Shown here: positions 29,044 through 39,666 of the stretch, one piece after another | Position numbering within the stretch: the first letter of the stretch is position 1 | Layout of the letters: each line of letters starts with the position of its first letter | Assembly: GCA_964575805.1 (NCBI GenBank) | Contig: CAZNSO010000005.1 | Coordinates: 21,818-85,817 of the forward strand | Reading direction: 5' to 3' | From: an uncultured Desulfobacteraceae bacterium | Lineage (GTDB): Bacteria > Desulfobacterota > Desulfobacteria > Desulfobacterales > Desulfosalsimonadaceae | DNA: 64,000 nt | Translations under genes and position numbers: made by a program | Notes under the pieces: generated by a model | Databases searched by the model: none | What the model was told of the DNA's origin: nothing | What the model saw: only the letters and a program-made list of their open reading frames with translations

Positions 29044-29072
29044 CTTCTATTAAGTTGAACCGATTTTGTCAA
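29044..29072 (-). promoter_or_regulatory. candidate sigma70-type promoter for the cytochrome-rnf operon
   Basis: Minus strand reads TTGACA-N17-TAGAAG, about 140 nt upstream of the cytochrome start. This is a motif match only. Confidence 0.3.
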
Positions 29073-29166
29073 GGACTTTATGCCAACCGCCCGCACCGCA
29101 GCAGCCGCAGTCAAACCCGGGAGCGGCCTTTACCCATCCCCCCGCTTTTTTTCCATCGCACCCGGA

Positions 29167-30420
29167 TCAATCCGCCTTCCGCCGCAAAAATGTCGGTATA
29201 TCCAGGTCCATGTCATAGCCAAAACTGCTGTTATAAGTCCCCTCCTTTTTGCCGCTTTTCCTGGAGGCCTTCTCGGAGAAGCCGCCCTTAACCCCCCTGG
29301 CGCTTCCACTGCGCTTGCGTTCCGCCTCGTTGCGGATAACTGTGGGAATATCATAATTGTCCTGCTGAATCTCTTCCTCGGTCAGGTCCCGGATCTTGCC
29401 CCTGGGCTTGAATCCATCCGCCGGGAACTTGTGAATGTTGTCCTTGACGTGCTGCATATCCCGGTCCCCGATGCCGGTGGCGATGACCGTAACCCGCATT
29501 TCATCGCCCAATGAGTCGTCCACCGCTGTGCCCCAGATGAGCTCTACATCTTCATTGTTAATTTCATTGTAAATCCGGTCGGATGCCTCCATGGTCTCCT
29601 CCATGGTCAGCTCGGAACTGCAGGTGATGTTCATCAGCACGCCGCGCGCGCCGACAATGGAATTGTCCTCCAGGAGGGGATGGGAAATGGCACGTTCAGC
29701 CGCCTCCAGCGCCCGGTTTTCGCCGCTGGCCACCCCTATGCCCATTATGGCCATGCCGGCCTTGGCCATGGTGGTCTTGACATCCGCAAAATCCAGGTTG
29801 ATAAGGCCCGGGTGCATGATGAGATCGGTAATCCCCTTGACCGAATGATGCAGGATTTCATCCGCCTTCTTAAACATATCAATCAGGGTGGCCTTTTTGG
29901 AGGCCAGCCCGCGCAGCCGGTCATTGGGAATGGTGATGACCGTATCCGCCACTTCCTTTAATTTGGCGATGCCTTCATCCGCGTGACGGGTCCGCTTTCT
30001 GGCTTCAAAGGCAAAGGGCCGGGTCACCACGGCCACTGTCAGCGCACCGAGCTCTTTACAGATTTCCGCGATGACAGGGGCTGCGCCCGTACCCGTGCCG
30101 CCGCCGAGACCGGCCGCGATAAACACCATGTGACTGTCGGCCAGCGCTTCACGCAAAAGCTCCGTGGATTCAATAGCCGCATCGCGGCCGATATTGGGAT
30201 CAGCGCCTGCCCCCAGACCCTGGGTCAACTCCTCGCCCAGTTGTATCTTGGTATTCGCCTTGGCATTGGCCAGCGCCTGCGCATCGGTATTGGCCGCAAT
30301 GAATTTAACTCCTTCCAGGTGGGCGTCGATCATGTTGTTGATGGCATTGTTGCCGCCCCCGCCGACACCGATGACCTTGATTTTCGCCGAGTTGTTGTTT
30401 TCCACATAGGTAAAATTCAT
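29167..30420 (-). CDS. ftsZ: cell division protein FtsZ
   Basis: ATG at 30420 is preceded by AAGGAGG. Has GVGGGGNNA, the tubulin signature GGGTGTGAAPV and the C-terminal peptide DIPTFLRR. Confidence 0.95.
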   Translation of the reverse strand: MNFTYVENNNSAKIKVIGVGGGGNNAINNMIDAHLEGVKFIAANTDAQALANAKANTKIQLGEELTQGLGAGADPNIGRDAAIESTELLREALADSHMVFIAAGLGGGTGTGAAPVIAEICKELGALTVAVVTRPFAFEARKRTRHADEGIAKLKEVADTVITIPNDRLRGLASKKATLIDMFKKADEILHHSVKGITDLIMHPGLINLDFADVKTTMAKAGMAIMGIGVASGENRALEAAERAISHPLLEDNSIVGARGVLMNITCSSELTMEETMEASDRIYNEINNEDVELIWGTAVDDSLGDEMRVTVIATGIGDRDMQHVKDNIHKFPADGFKPRGKIRDLTEEEIQQDNYDIPTVIRNEAERKRSGSARGVKGGFSEKASRKSGKKEGTYNSSFGYDMDLDIPTFLRRKAD

Positions 30421-30489
30421 CGGTTCACCTCCTTTTGGGTCCTGCTTGTTTTCATTTATTTTCATCATTTATTTTCATCATCGATTTAA

Positions 30490-31716
30490 CTACATAATCT
30501 CTCGAAACCAGGCTTTCATGCGCTTTACGATCCGGTTGAAAATATTGTTGTCGCGTATCCGGAACTTCTTTTGCTCCTGATGCTTTGCCCCGTAGATAAC
30601 CAGGCCCACGCCGGTGGCATACATGGGATTGTTGACCACATCCACCAGACCGCTGACGCCTTGTGGCCGGCCGATCCGGACGGAATGTTCAAAAACCGAT
30701 TCGGCTATATCGCCTATACCCTCCAGCAGCGCGGCGCCGCCGGTGAGAACGATCCCGGAGGAAATGCCGTTTTTCATGCCCGCACGGAACAATTCGCGCT
30801 TGATCAGGGTAAAAATCTCTTCAACCCGGGGCTCCAGTATCTCCGCCAGGATCTGGCGCGGCAGTTTCCGGCCGGAGCCTCCGGAAATATCAGCTATTTC
30901 GATGGTTTCATCATTGCCGACCTTGTCGGTGATACAGGTGCCGTATTTGAGTTTGATCCTTTCCGCTTCGGCCATGGGAGTCCGCAAACCAACGGATATG
31001 TCATTGGTCATGTTGTTGCCGCCCAGGGACAATACAAAGGTATGCTTGATATTGTTTCCGGAAAAAACCGCGAGGTCCGTTGTTCCGCCCCCGATATCAA
31101 TAAGTCCGGAGCCGAGTTCCTTTTCTTCCGGAGTGAGCACGGACTCGCAGGAAGCGATGGGCTCCAGGATGATGTCGCAGACATCGAGACCGGCCTTGTT
31201 CGCGCATTTAACGATATTCTGGGCCGAGGTGACCGCGCCGGTGACGATATGAATCTTGGCCTCCAGCCTCACCCCGGCCATGCCTACGGGATTGTTGATG
31301 CCGCCTTCGCCGTCAACGATGAATTCCTGGGCCAGGACATGGATGACCTCCCGGTCCATGGGGATGGCAACCGCCCTTGCGGCTTCAATAACCCGGTTGA
31401 CATCGCCCTGGGTGATCTCATCGCCCTTGATCGCAATTATCCCGTTGCTGTTAAAGCCGGTGACATGGCCGCCGGCAATGCCGGCATATACCGATGAAAT
31501 TTCGCAGCCTGCCATGAGCTCGGCTTCCTCTACCGCTTTCTTGATGGATTCAACCGTTGACTCGATATTGACGACAACACCCTTTCGCAGGCCCACGGAC
31601 GGGTGGCTCCCGATACCGATGATATTGACGGTGCCGCCGGTGACTTCAGCAACCACGACGCAAATTTTAGTGGTGCCGATATCAAGCCCGACCACAAGCT
31701 CTTCCTTTTCTTTCAC
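30490..31716 (-). CDS. ftsA: cell division protein FtsA
   Basis: GTG at 31716 sits right after the ftsQ stop, with GGAGG upstream. Has the actin-fold motifs VVGLDIGTTKICV and DIGGGTTDLAV. Confidence 0.9.
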   Translation of the reverse strand: MKEKEELVVGLDIGTTKICVVVAEVTGGTVNIIGIGSHPSVGLRKGVVVNIESTVESIKKAVEEAELMAGCEISSVYAGIAGGHVTGFNSNGIIAIKGDEITQGDVNRVIEAARAVAIPMDREVIHVLAQEFIVDGEGGINNPVGMAGVRLEAKIHIVTGAVTSAQNIVKCANKAGLDVCDIILEPIASCESVLTPEEKELGSGLIDIGGGTTDLAVFSGNNIKHTFVLSLGGNNMTNDISVGLRTPMAEAERIKLKYGTCITDKVGNDETIEIADISGGSGRKLPRQILAEILEPRVEEIFTLIKRELFRAGMKNGISSGIVLTGGAALLEGIGDIAESVFEHSVRIGRPQGVSGLVDVVNNPMYATGVGLVIYGAKHQEQKKFRIRDNNIFNRIVKRMKAWFREIM

Positions 31717-31717
31717 C

Positions 31718-32566
31718 TTAGACCTCCTTCTTCTCTTCACTGCTTTTCCGGTCTGCTGGAGTGGCAACGATACGGTTGGGATTGTTCGCATCCAGGGATT
31801 TCAGTGCCGGCAGGCTTTGATTGCCCTGAATATGGGTCAGAATGCGTTTGACCCGTCTCAGCTTAAGCGCATACTCCCCGTATCCCAGATGAACGGTCAC
31901 CGGAACCCCGGCCCGAAGCGTCAGCCCCATCTCGGGATCAACCGAAATTTCATCAACCGAGTCTCCGGCAAAAACCCCGCGCTGTTTTTCCATTACCGCC
32001 AGAAGGGCCATAACCTCTGAATAGCCGTTTCGCCCGGGGTTTTCGGAATTTTTCCAATCGGCATAGCGCATCCCTGAAATTATGGGCAAACCGCCCAGTT
32101 CCGAAGGGTCCGCTTCTTTAAAAATCGCCCCTTCGCGGTCAACAAGAAAAAACCGGCCCACATCAAGAACAGCCAGGGGCTCGTGTTCTTTGACAGAAAT
32201 GCTCAGCCCTGCGGGCAGCTCCCGCTGGATGGCGGCGGACCGGATCCAGGGGGCTGCTTCCAGCCGCCTTCGGGTCAGGGGCAAATTGACCGCCACGATA
32301 TTAACCCCTTCCTCCAGGCCCGCGGCTTCCAGGACCGCCTTTTTGGAAAGGCGCCGGGCGCCGTTGACTTCAATGGTCGCCGCACTGAAATAATCGCACT
32401 GGGTCAGGGCATCGTAGGCGAAAATAAAAGCGAGCCCCAGCAGGCAAAACCCGGAAATTCCGAAAACCGCCTTTACCCAGGGCCAAACGGAACGGGTGCC
32501 TCCGCCTTTTTTTAGGCTTCCGTCCTTTTTAAAACGGTTTTTCCGCGTATGCTTATTCACCGGCAA
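31718..32566 (-). CDS. ftsQ: cell division protein FtsQ
   Basis: Basic N-terminus, a single TM helix (VFGISGFCLLGLAFIFAY) and a POTRA-like domain, in the conserved position between murB and ftsA. Confidence 0.85.
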   Translation of the reverse strand: MPVNKHTRKNRFKKDGSLKKGGGTRSVWPWVKAVFGISGFCLLGLAFIFAYDALTQCDYFSAATIEVNGARRLSKKAVLEAAGLEEGVNIVAVNLPLTRRRLEAAPWIRSAAIQRELPAGLSISVKEHEPLAVLDVGRFFLVDREGAIFKEADPSELGGLPIISGMRYADWKNSENPGRNGYSEVMALLAVMEKQRGVFAGDSVDEISVDPEMGLTLRAGVPVTVHLGYGEYALKLRRVKRILTHIQGNQSLPALKSLDANNPNRIVATPADRKSSEEKKEV

Positions 32567-33524
32567 TTCTTACCTCAGACTCCAAGTCAATGCGGAATTG
32601 TTGATAAACCGCCTCCCGGACCTTTTCCATCAGGCGCAAAATATCCGCTGCCGTGGCCCGGCCGCGGTTGACAATAAAATTGGCATGCGATTCCGATACC
32701 ATGGCGTCCCCGATCTGCATCCCCTTCATGCCGGCTTTTTCAATCAGCATTCCGGCGGGTTCGGCATTTTCCGGGTTCTTAAAAAAACAGCCGGCACTGG
32801 CCACTCCGCTGGGCTGCCGCCGGCCCCGCTGTTTCAGAAGGGTCTCGGCCTCTTTCTTCAGCTCGTCCCGGCATGCCGGATACAGCTTGAAAAATCCCTC
32901 GACGATCACCGGCGGGTGCAGTGGATCGTGGACGCCGGGAACCGTCATTCCCCGGTAGCGAAAGGCGAGGCGGGATTTTTCAAACTCCGTCACCCGCCCG
33001 TCCGGAAACAAAACCCGAACCCCGACCAATACATTTTCAACTGCCGCTCCTCCGGCGCCGGCATTCATAAGAATGGCCCCGCCCACGGAACCGGGGATCC
33101 CGATGGCAAATTGCATCCCTCCCAGGCCCTTTTCAATGGCAAAACGGCATAAACGGCTTAAATTTTCCCCGGCCATGGCCCGCACAACAGAAGTTCCGGA
33201 TATTTCCGGTTCCAATGACAGCCCTTTCATTCCGGCGCTTATATCAATCACAACCCCCCGGATGCCCTTGTCCCTGACCAGCAGGTTGGACCCGCCGCCG
33301 ATAACGAAGTAGGGCACGGCTTCCGCGGTCAGCCACCTGACCAGTGAAACCAGGTCGTCTGCATCCCTGGGCCACACATAGACATCCGCGGGGCCGCCCA
33401 CCCGAAGCCAGGTATGGGCGGCCATGGGCTCATCAAACACCACGCGGCCGCTTACGCGCGACTTAACGGCCTGCTTCAGCGGATGCCCGGCACCCCTGAC
33501 GATTTCATCGCTCCTATTGTTCAT
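32553..33524 (-). CDS. murB: UDP-N-acetylenolpyruvoylglucosamine reductase
   Basis: Has HTWLRVGGPADV, IGGGSNLLV and a C-terminal MurB domain with GSVFKNP-like CFFKNP. The ATG at 33524 overlaps the murC end by 11 nt. Confidence 0.88.
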   Translation of the reverse strand: MNNRSDEIVRGAGHPLKQAVKSRVSGRVVFDEPMAAHTWLRVGGPADVYVWPRDADDLVSLVRWLTAEAVPYFVIGGGSNLLVRDKGIRGVVIDISAGMKGLSLEPEISGTSVVRAMAGENLSRLCRFAIEKGLGGMQFAIGIPGSVGGAILMNAGAGGAAVENVLVGVRVLFPDGRVTEFEKSRLAFRYRGMTVPGVHDPLHPPVIVEGFFKLYPACRDELKKEAETLLKQRGRRQPSGVASAGCFFKNPENAEPAGMLIEKAGMKGMQIGDAMVSESHANFIVNRGRATAADILRLMEKVREAVYQQFRIDLESEVRIAGE

Positions 33525-34896
33525 GCCTATCCCCGTGCTCCAGGAAATCCACTCCCACCCGCCAGACATTGCCGGCCCCGAGTGTCAGAATGATATCGCC
33601 GGGCAAAGCCTGATCCTTCAGATAGGCGACGGCCTCGGCCGCATGATCAAAACAGCTCACTTCCTTGTGCCCGTGGTGCCGGACGCCTTCTGCCAGGCGG
33701 CGATGGTCCGTGCCTTCGATTTCCGGCTCGCCGGCGGCATATATCGGCAGCAGCACCAGGATATCGGAGTGGTAAAAAGACCGGGTGAACCCGTCAAAAA
33801 GCGCTTTGGTCCGGCTGTATCGATGCGGCTGGAAAACGACGATCAGGCGTCTGCCCGGCCAGCTTTTCCGGACGGCCTCAAGCGTGATTTTGATCTCGGT
33901 CGGATGGTGGCCGTAGTCATCGATCACCTTTATCCCCCCGGCATCCCCTTTGACCTCCAGGCGGCGCTGAACGCCTTCCAGGCTCTCAAGGGCCGATCGG
34001 ATCAGGGGAAAAGGGATCTCCAGCTCCATGCCGACGGTGATGCTGGCCAGGGCATTGTAGATGTTGTGCAGGCCGGGCAGGTTCAAGGTCACCTCCCCCA
34101 TCTCCCTGTTTCGGTAAAAAACGGAGAAGCGGCTTTGGGTGGCGGCAAATTCAATATCAAGTGCCTGCACGTCTGCCTGGGCGGTTAACCCAAAAGTGGT
34201 GTAGCGCTTTTTGATATGGGGGACAATATCCTGAACATGCTCGTTGTCCAGGCACAGGACGGCCAGGCCGTAGAAGGGGACCCGGTCGATAAAATCCAGG
34301 AACACCGATTTAATGGCGTCCAGATCCTCATAGAAATCCACGTGCTCCAGGTCAATATTGGTCACCACGGCAATGGTCGGGGAAAATTTTAAAAAAGAGC
34401 CGTCGCTCTCATCCGCCTCGGCCACAATAAAATCCCCCTGCCCCAGCACCGCGTTGGTGTTGATCTGCTTGAGCCTGCCCCCGATAACCACGGTGGGATC
34501 CAGGCCGCCCCTGCCCAGAACGCTGGCCAGGATGGAGGTCGTGGAGGTTTTGCCATGGGCACCCGCCACCGCGATGCTGTATTTCAAACGCATAAGCTCG
34601 GCAAGCATTTCGGCCCGCGGGATAACGGGTATGGAGGCATTCAGGGCAGCCTGAACTTCAGGGTTCTCCCGGGAAATGGCCGAGGAGACAACCACCACGT
34701 CGGCCCCCTTGATGTTCTCCGGGTTATGGCCCAGGTAGATCCGGCCCCCGAGCGAGGCAAGCCGCTCGGTGGCATCGGAGGCGGCGATGTCCGATCCTGA
34801 CACATGATAGCCCAGGTTCAGCAGGAGTTCGGCAATTCCGCTCATGCCGATACCGCCGATGCCAACAAAAAAAATATGGTATTGTTTGCGATACAT
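33514..34896 (-). CDS. murC: UDP-N-acetylmuramate--L-alanine ligase
   Basis: ATG at 34896 lies 1 nt after the murG stop. Has VGIGGIGMSGIAELL and GAHGKTSTTS. Confidence 0.92.
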   Translation of the reverse strand: MYRKQYHIFFVGIGGIGMSGIAELLLNLGYHVSGSDIAASDATERLASLGGRIYLGHNPENIKGADVVVVSSAISRENPEVQAALNASIPVIPRAEMLAELMRLKYSIAVAGAHGKTSTTSILASVLGRGGLDPTVVIGGRLKQINTNAVLGQGDFIVAEADESDGSFLKFSPTIAVVTNIDLEHVDFYEDLDAIKSVFLDFIDRVPFYGLAVLCLDNEHVQDIVPHIKKRYTTFGLTAQADVQALDIEFAATQSRFSVFYRNREMGEVTLNLPGLHNIYNALASITVGMELEIPFPLIRSALESLEGVQRRLEVKGDAGGIKVIDDYGHHPTEIKITLEAVRKSWPGRRLIVVFQPHRYSRTKALFDGFTRSFYHSDILVLLPIYAAGEPEIEGTDHRRLAEGVRHHGHKEVSCFDHAAEAVAYLKDQALPGDIILTLGAGNVWRVGVDFLEHGDRHEQ

Positions 34897-34897
34897 A

Positions 34898-36040
34898 TTA
34901 CCCTTTTTTGTTTCCTCTTCCCTTTCGGCAAAGCGCCCGGCAGATATCATCGACCAGGGCCTCGGCCGCCTCCGGCCGGGAAAATTTCCTGACAGCCGCC
35001 TGTTTCTGCCGCAGCGCCGCCTCATCGGCGGCATAGGCCTTGATCCGCTCTGCCAGGACCGGGCCGCTGGCCTCCGCCTGGCTGATCATCTCAGCGGCCC
35101 CTGCATCCACAAGGCTCTTGGCGTTGAAATACTGGTGGTTGTCGGCGGCATGCGGATAGGGAATAAAAACAGCCGCAAGCCCGGCCGCAGCAACCTCGGC
35201 CACCGAGGTGGCCCCCGCCCGGCAGATGACCAGGTCCGCCGCGGCATAACAGGCGGCCATATCGTCAAAAAAAGGCTCCACAACCGCCTCCACTCCGGCT
35301 TTTGCATACCCCTGCCGCACTGTTTCCAGATCCGGCGCTCCGCTCTGGTGAATAAATCGGATCCCCCGGGCATCATCCAGGTCCTCCAGGGCCTGGATAA
35401 CCGCCGTATTGATGGCGTGAGCCCCCTGGCTGCCCCCGAGCACCAGCACCACAAACTTTTCCCCGCGCGCCCGGTCCCGTTCCAAAGCCAGTCCCTCAAG
35501 AATCTGCCGGCGGACCGGGTTGCCTGTATACTGGATTTTTTCCGGGTACCCGCCCATCTCGGTCTCCGGAAAGGATGTGTAAATCCGATTGGCAAAACGG
35601 GCCAGGAATCGATTGGTCATCCCGGGTATGCGGTTTTGTTCGTGGATGACACGGAAAATTCTCAGCACCCGGGCCGCGACCAAGACCGGCGCAGCCGAAT
35701 AGGCGCCCATGCCGATGACCACATCCGGCCGGAACCGGGCAAAAAACCACAGGCAGGCCAGCAAGCCGGCCGGAAGCTTGAACAGGGCTTTCAGTTTGCC
35801 ACCCATGCCGATGCCCTTGAATCCGGCGGCTGAAATCCGCAGGCATTCATAATCCGTCCGGCCGAGCACCCGTTTTTCAATGGGCCTGCCGGTGGTGATG
35901 AAAAGCACCCGGGAGTCAGGCGACTTTCGCCTGAAAACCTCGGCCACTGCAATGCCGGGAAACAGATGCCCCCCGGTTCCGCCGCCGGCGATGACAATTC
36001 GCATTCCCGGCCTTGGATGCGCCTCCGTGCTATTGGCCAT
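34898..36040 (-). CDS. murG: UDP-N-acetylglucosamine--N-acetylmuramyl-(pentapeptide) pyrophosphoryl-undecaprenol GlcNAc transferase
   Basis: Has IAGGGTGGHLFPGIAVA. The start is ambiguous: 36058 (ATGA overlap with the ftsW stop), 36040 (GGAG upstream) or 36004. The long upstream ORF extension to 36328 overlaps ftsW and is rejected. Confidence 0.88.
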   Translation of the reverse strand: MANSTEAHPRPGMRIVIAGGGTGGHLFPGIAVAEVFRRKSPDSRVLFITTGRPIEKRVLGRTDYECLRISAAGFKGIGMGGKLKALFKLPAGLLACLWFFARFRPDVVIGMGAYSAAPVLVAARVLRIFRVIHEQNRIPGMTNRFLARFANRIYTSFPETEMGGYPEKIQYTGNPVRRQILEGLALERDRARGEKFVVLVLGGSQGAHAINTAVIQALEDLDDARGIRFIHQSGAPDLETVRQGYAKAGVEAVVEPFFDDMAACYAAADLVICRAGATSVAEVAAAGLAAVFIPYPHAADNHQYFNAKSLVDAGAAEMISQAEASGPVLAERIKAYAADEAALRQKQAAVRKFSRPEAAEALVDDICRALCRKGRGNKKG

Positions 36041-36054
36041 GCATGCCTTCTCCA

Positions 36055-37209
36055 TCATTTTTTCCGCGACAATCCGATATTCATCAACATGCCGACAAGC
36101 ACCATATTGATGACCAGCGATGTCCCGCCATAACTTAAAAACGGCAGGGTCAGCCCCTTTGTCGGCAGCAGGCTCAAACTGACCCCCATGTTGACCACCG
36201 TCTGCAATGCGATCGCAACGGTTATTCCCAATGCCAGCAGCGAGCCGAAAAAATCCGTCCGGGAGCGGGCGATCTCGATCCCACGCCAAAGGATAATCAG
36301 GTAGAGCGCCAGAACAATGAGGACCCAAAGCCAGCCGCCTTCTTCGCCGATCACGGAAAAAATGAAGTCCGTGTGCGGCGTGGGCAAATAAAACAACTTC
36401 TGGTAGCTCTGCCCGAACCCCTTTCCCAGCAAACCGCCGGAGCCGAAAGCCATCAGCGAATGGATGATCTGATAGCCTTCATCCAGCGGATACTTCCAGG
36501 GATCCAGAAAACTCATATAGCGCTTGAGACGGTATTCCGAAGTGGCGATCAGAGAGGCCATCAATGGCAGGACCAGCAAAAAGGCACCCGCCAGGTGTTT
36601 TACCCGCACCCGCCCCGCATACATGACAATCCATGCAAGCACCCATATAATGGCCATTGAACCAAAGTCCGGCTGGAGAAGGATCAGCCCCGAAAACAGG
36701 CAGATTATTATGACATGCGGAAAAAACCCGATATTAAACTCTTCCACGCGCTCCTGCTTTTTGCTGAGAGAATAAGCCATAAACACAATCAGGGACAGCT
36801 TGGCAAACTCGATAGGCTGGAAAGATACCCCGTGGATGCGAAGCCACCGGGTGGCGCCGCCGGCCGTTTGGCCCACTCCCTGGATCAAAACGACAAAAAG
36901 CAGAACCAAGGCCCCGACCAGGAAAAGATAAGCCAGGGGCCGGTAGATCCGGTAGGGCACAAACTGGAGCATCAGCATGGCTGCACATCCGATTCCCGCG
37001 GCGATCAGCTGTTTTCTAAAAAAGTGATACTCATTTCCAAACTGCTTTATGGCAATTTCCGAACTGGCGCTGTAAACCATGGCCACCCCGATGCCCACAA
37101 GCAGCAGCACGGGAATGAGCAGACGATAATCGCAGAACTGCCCCATTCCTTCAGAGGCAGAGGCGCCTGAAGGTTTCTCGGCTGGCCGTTCCGGAAATGC
37201 CTTACTCAT
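36055..37209 (-). CDS. ftsW: SEDS-family peptidoglycan glycosyltransferase / lipid II flippase FtsW
   Basis: Polytopic protein with YSASS and PTKGLTLPFLSYGGTS. The ATG at 37209 overlaps the murD stop (CATGAGTAA). Confidence 0.9.
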   Translation of the reverse strand: MSKAFPERPAEKPSGASASEGMGQFCDYRLLIPVLLLVGIGVAMVYSASSEIAIKQFGNEYHFFRKQLIAAGIGCAAMLMLQFVPYRIYRPLAYLFLVGALVLLFVVLIQGVGQTAGGATRWLRIHGVSFQPIEFAKLSLIVFMAYSLSKKQERVEEFNIGFFPHVIIICLFSGLILLQPDFGSMAIIWVLAWIVMYAGRVRVKHLAGAFLLVLPLMASLIATSEYRLKRYMSFLDPWKYPLDEGYQIIHSLMAFGSGGLLGKGFGQSYQKLFYLPTPHTDFIFSVIGEEGGWLWVLIVLALYLIILWRGIEIARSRTDFFGSLLALGITVAIALQTVVNMGVSLSLLPTKGLTLPFLSYGGTSLVINMVLVGMLMNIGLSRKK

Positions 37210-38575
37210 GGTCACCCGCCTCGATTTCATGGACGCACCGGACAAAATCCGCCCCGCGATGGGCATAACTCTCATACATGTCAAAACTGGCACAGGCCGG
37301 TGACAACAGCACGGTATCACCGGCTGAAGCACCTGCCGCTGCGGCTGAAACGGCTTCAGCCATCGAAGAAACACGGGTGACGGCTGTTTTTTCTCCAAGC
37401 GCCCGCTCAATGGCTGAAGCGGCTTCTCCCAGGACGACCAGATGCCGGACCCGTCCCGGCAGCAAATCTTTTAAGGCTGAGTAACTGCCGCCTTTTTCAC
37501 GCCCGCCCATAATCAGGATCACCGGTGTGGAAAACGATGCCAGTGCGCGGACCACGGCATCCACGTTGGTGGCCTTGGAGTCATCAATATAATGGACCCC
37601 CCTGATGGTGGCCACAGGTGACATGCGATGCGAGAGGCCCTGAAAATGGTCAATCGTATGCTGCATGACCTCAAAGGAAACGCCTGCGGCGGCAGCGGCC
37701 AGTCCCGCGGCCGCCATATTTTCCCGGTTGTGCACCCCGATCAGGGCGCTGCGGCTGCAATCCAGGCGGGACACGCCCCTGCCCGGAACGGCAAACCGGA
37801 TATGCGCATTTTCCAGCCGGGCCCCCGCCTCGTTTTGCCCGTCGGCGTTAAAGGGCAGCACCCGGGCCGCTATGGCCGGCACCAAAGATCGTATGGCCGG
37901 ATCGGCCTGATTGATGACCGCCATATCATCGGCGGTCTGATTTTTGAAAATCCGGGCCTTGGAACGGACATAGCCGGCGAAATCGTCATAGCGGTCCAGG
38001 TGATCCGCCGTGATATTCAAAAGCAGGGCCATCTTTGGCCGGAACGCTTCGATGGTGTCGAGTTGAAAGCTGCTGATCTCAACCACGGCGAAATCGGCCG
38101 CCTCCCCCCGGTCCACATATTCTATTAAGGGGGTGCCCAGGTTTCCCCCGACAAACACCCTGTAGCCGGCATCCTTAAGGAACTGCCCGGTAAGCAGGGT
38201 GGTGGTGGACTTGCCGTTGGTGCCGGTAATGGCGATAATCGGCGTCTGCATAAAGCGCCAGGCCAGCTCGATCTCACCGATCACCGGAATATGCCGGCTT
38301 CCGGCCAATTGGAGGGCTTCCATGGTGTGCGGGACGCCCGGGCTTAAAACAATGAGATCCGCCGCGAGAAAAGACGCTGTCCGGTGCCCGCCCAGTTCCA
38401 GCTTGATCCGCTCCTTCGGCAAATCGGACAGAGCCGCCAGGCCATCCCCGAGAGAGGCCGCATCCGCCTGGTCGGTTGCCGTCACCCGCGCCCCCCGCCG
38501 GACAAGAAAACGGACCACCGAGGCTCCTGTGCGCCCGAGACCAACCACCAGAATATGTCTGCCTTCGACTTCCAC
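37202..38575 (-). CDS. murD: UDP-N-acetylmuramoylalanine--D-glutamate ligase
   Basis: Has VVGLGRTGASV and GTNGKSTTT, with Mur ligase middle and C-terminal domains. Confidence 0.92.
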   Translation of the reverse strand: MEVEGRHILVVGLGRTGASVVRFLVRRGARVTATDQADAASLGDGLAALSDLPKERIKLELGGHRTASFLAADLIVLSPGVPHTMEALQLAGSRHIPVIGEIELAWRFMQTPIIAITGTNGKSTTTLLTGQFLKDAGYRVFVGGNLGTPLIEYVDRGEAADFAVVEISSFQLDTIEAFRPKMALLLNITADHLDRYDDFAGYVRSKARIFKNQTADDMAVINQADPAIRSLVPAIAARVLPFNADGQNEAGARLENAHIRFAVPGRGVSRLDCSRSALIGVHNRENMAAAGLAAAAAGVSFEVMQHTIDHFQGLSHRMSPVATIRGVHYIDDSKATNVDAVVRALASFSTPVILIMGGREKGGSYSALKDLLPGRVRHLVVLGEAASAIERALGEKTAVTRVSSMAEAVSAAAAGASAGDTVLLSPACASFDMYESYAHRGADFVRCVHEIEAGDHE

Positions 38576-38584
38576 CGTTTCCGC

Positions 38585-39664
38585 CTATCTTAACTTCAAG
38601 GTGCTGATCGCAATCAGGGCCAGCAGAATGGAAACAATCCAGAAGCGCACAATCACCTTGGATTCAGCCCAACCTTTGAGTTCAAAGTGGTGATGCAGGG
38701 GAGCCATCAGAAAAATCCGCCTGCCGTGCGTCATTTTGAAATACAGGACCTGAACAATTACGGACACGGCTTCGGTCACGAAAATACCACCCACGATCAT
38801 CATCAGGATCTCCTGCTTGGTAACCACGGCGATAGCGCCAAGCATGCCGCCCAGGGGCAAGGAGCCCACATCGCCCATGAAGATCTGGGCGGGATAGGTG
38901 TTGAACCAGAGAAATCCAAGACCTGCGCCGGCAATGGCACCGCACATGATGGTCACCTCGGCGGTCCCGTACACATAGGGTATCTGCAGGTATTCGGAGA
39001 TTCGGCTGTGCCCGGCCACATAAGCAAAAAGCATGTAGGTCGCCGCCGTGATAATGACCGGGCCGATGGCCAGACCGTCCAGCCCGTCAGTCAGGTTCAC
39101 CGCGTTGGAGGTCCCCACGATAACAAGCACGGCAAAAAAAATATATCCGACACCCAGGTCCGGCCGGACTTCTTTTAAGAAAGGAATGGTAAGCCGGCTG
39201 TCGAACTCCGGGATCAGATAGAGAAGAAATCCGGCGGCCAGGGCGACAAGGACCTGGAACAAAAACTTCTCCCGTCCCGAGAGCCCCCGGTTGCGTTTCT
39301 GGATCTGCTTGAGATAATCATCAATGAACCCGATGGCGAAATAACTGCAGGTAACCAGCAGGATAATCCACACATAAGCATTGCTTAAATCAACCCACAA
39401 CAGGACCCCCACGGCGATGGCCGCCATGATCAGGACCCCCCCCATGGTTGGGGTGCCGGCCTTGTCCTGGTGGGCCGACGGCCCGACGCGGCGGATGTAC
39501 TGGCCAATCTGCTTTTCACTGAGCTTTCGGATAACCCAGGGTCCCAGCAGAAAACAGATCAGAAACGCCGTGAGACTTGCGTAAATGGTCCGGAACGTGA
39601 TGTATCGGAACACATTAAACGCTGATATGTCCGCATGAAGTCCATATAAAAGATGATAGAGCAT
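38585..39664 (-). CDS. mraY: phospho-N-acetylmuramoyl-pentapeptide transferase
   Basis: ATG at 39664 lies 2 nt after the murF stop. Has [21 protein letters not shown] and APLHHHFE. Confidence 0.93.
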   Translation of the reverse strand: MLYHLLYGLHADISAFNVFRYITFRTIYASLTAFLICFLLGPWVIRKLSEKQIGQYIRRVGPSAHQDKAGTPTMGGVLIMAAIAVGVLLWVDLSNAYVWIILLVTCSYFAIGFIDDYLKQIQKRNRGLSGREKFLFQVLVALAAGFLLYLIPEFDSRLTIPFLKEVRPDLGVGYIFFAVLVIVGTSNAVNLTDGLDGLAIGPVIITAATYMLFAYVAGHSRISEYLQIPYVYGTAEVTIMCGAIAGAGLGFLWFNTYPAQIFMGDVGSLPLGGMLGAIAVVTKQEILMMIVGGIFVTEAVSVIVQVLYFKMTHGRRIFLMAPLHHHFELKGWAESKVIVRFWIVSILLALIAISTLKLR

Positions 39665-39666
39665 AA

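Noticed and set aside
32553-33524. Absence of ddl between murB and ftsQ in the dcw cluster.
   Set aside because: ddl is located outside the dcw cluster in many bacterial lineages, so this is not unusual by itself.
34898-36328. Long N-terminal ORF extensions of murG, ftsW (to 37410), mraY (to 39769), murC (to 35034), ftsA (to 31791) and others in the ORF track.
   Set aside because: The extensions overlap the 3' ends of the upstream genes and are Arg/Pro/Gly-rich. Internal starts coincide with stop-start overlaps or Shine-Dalgarno sequences and with conserved protein N-termini.
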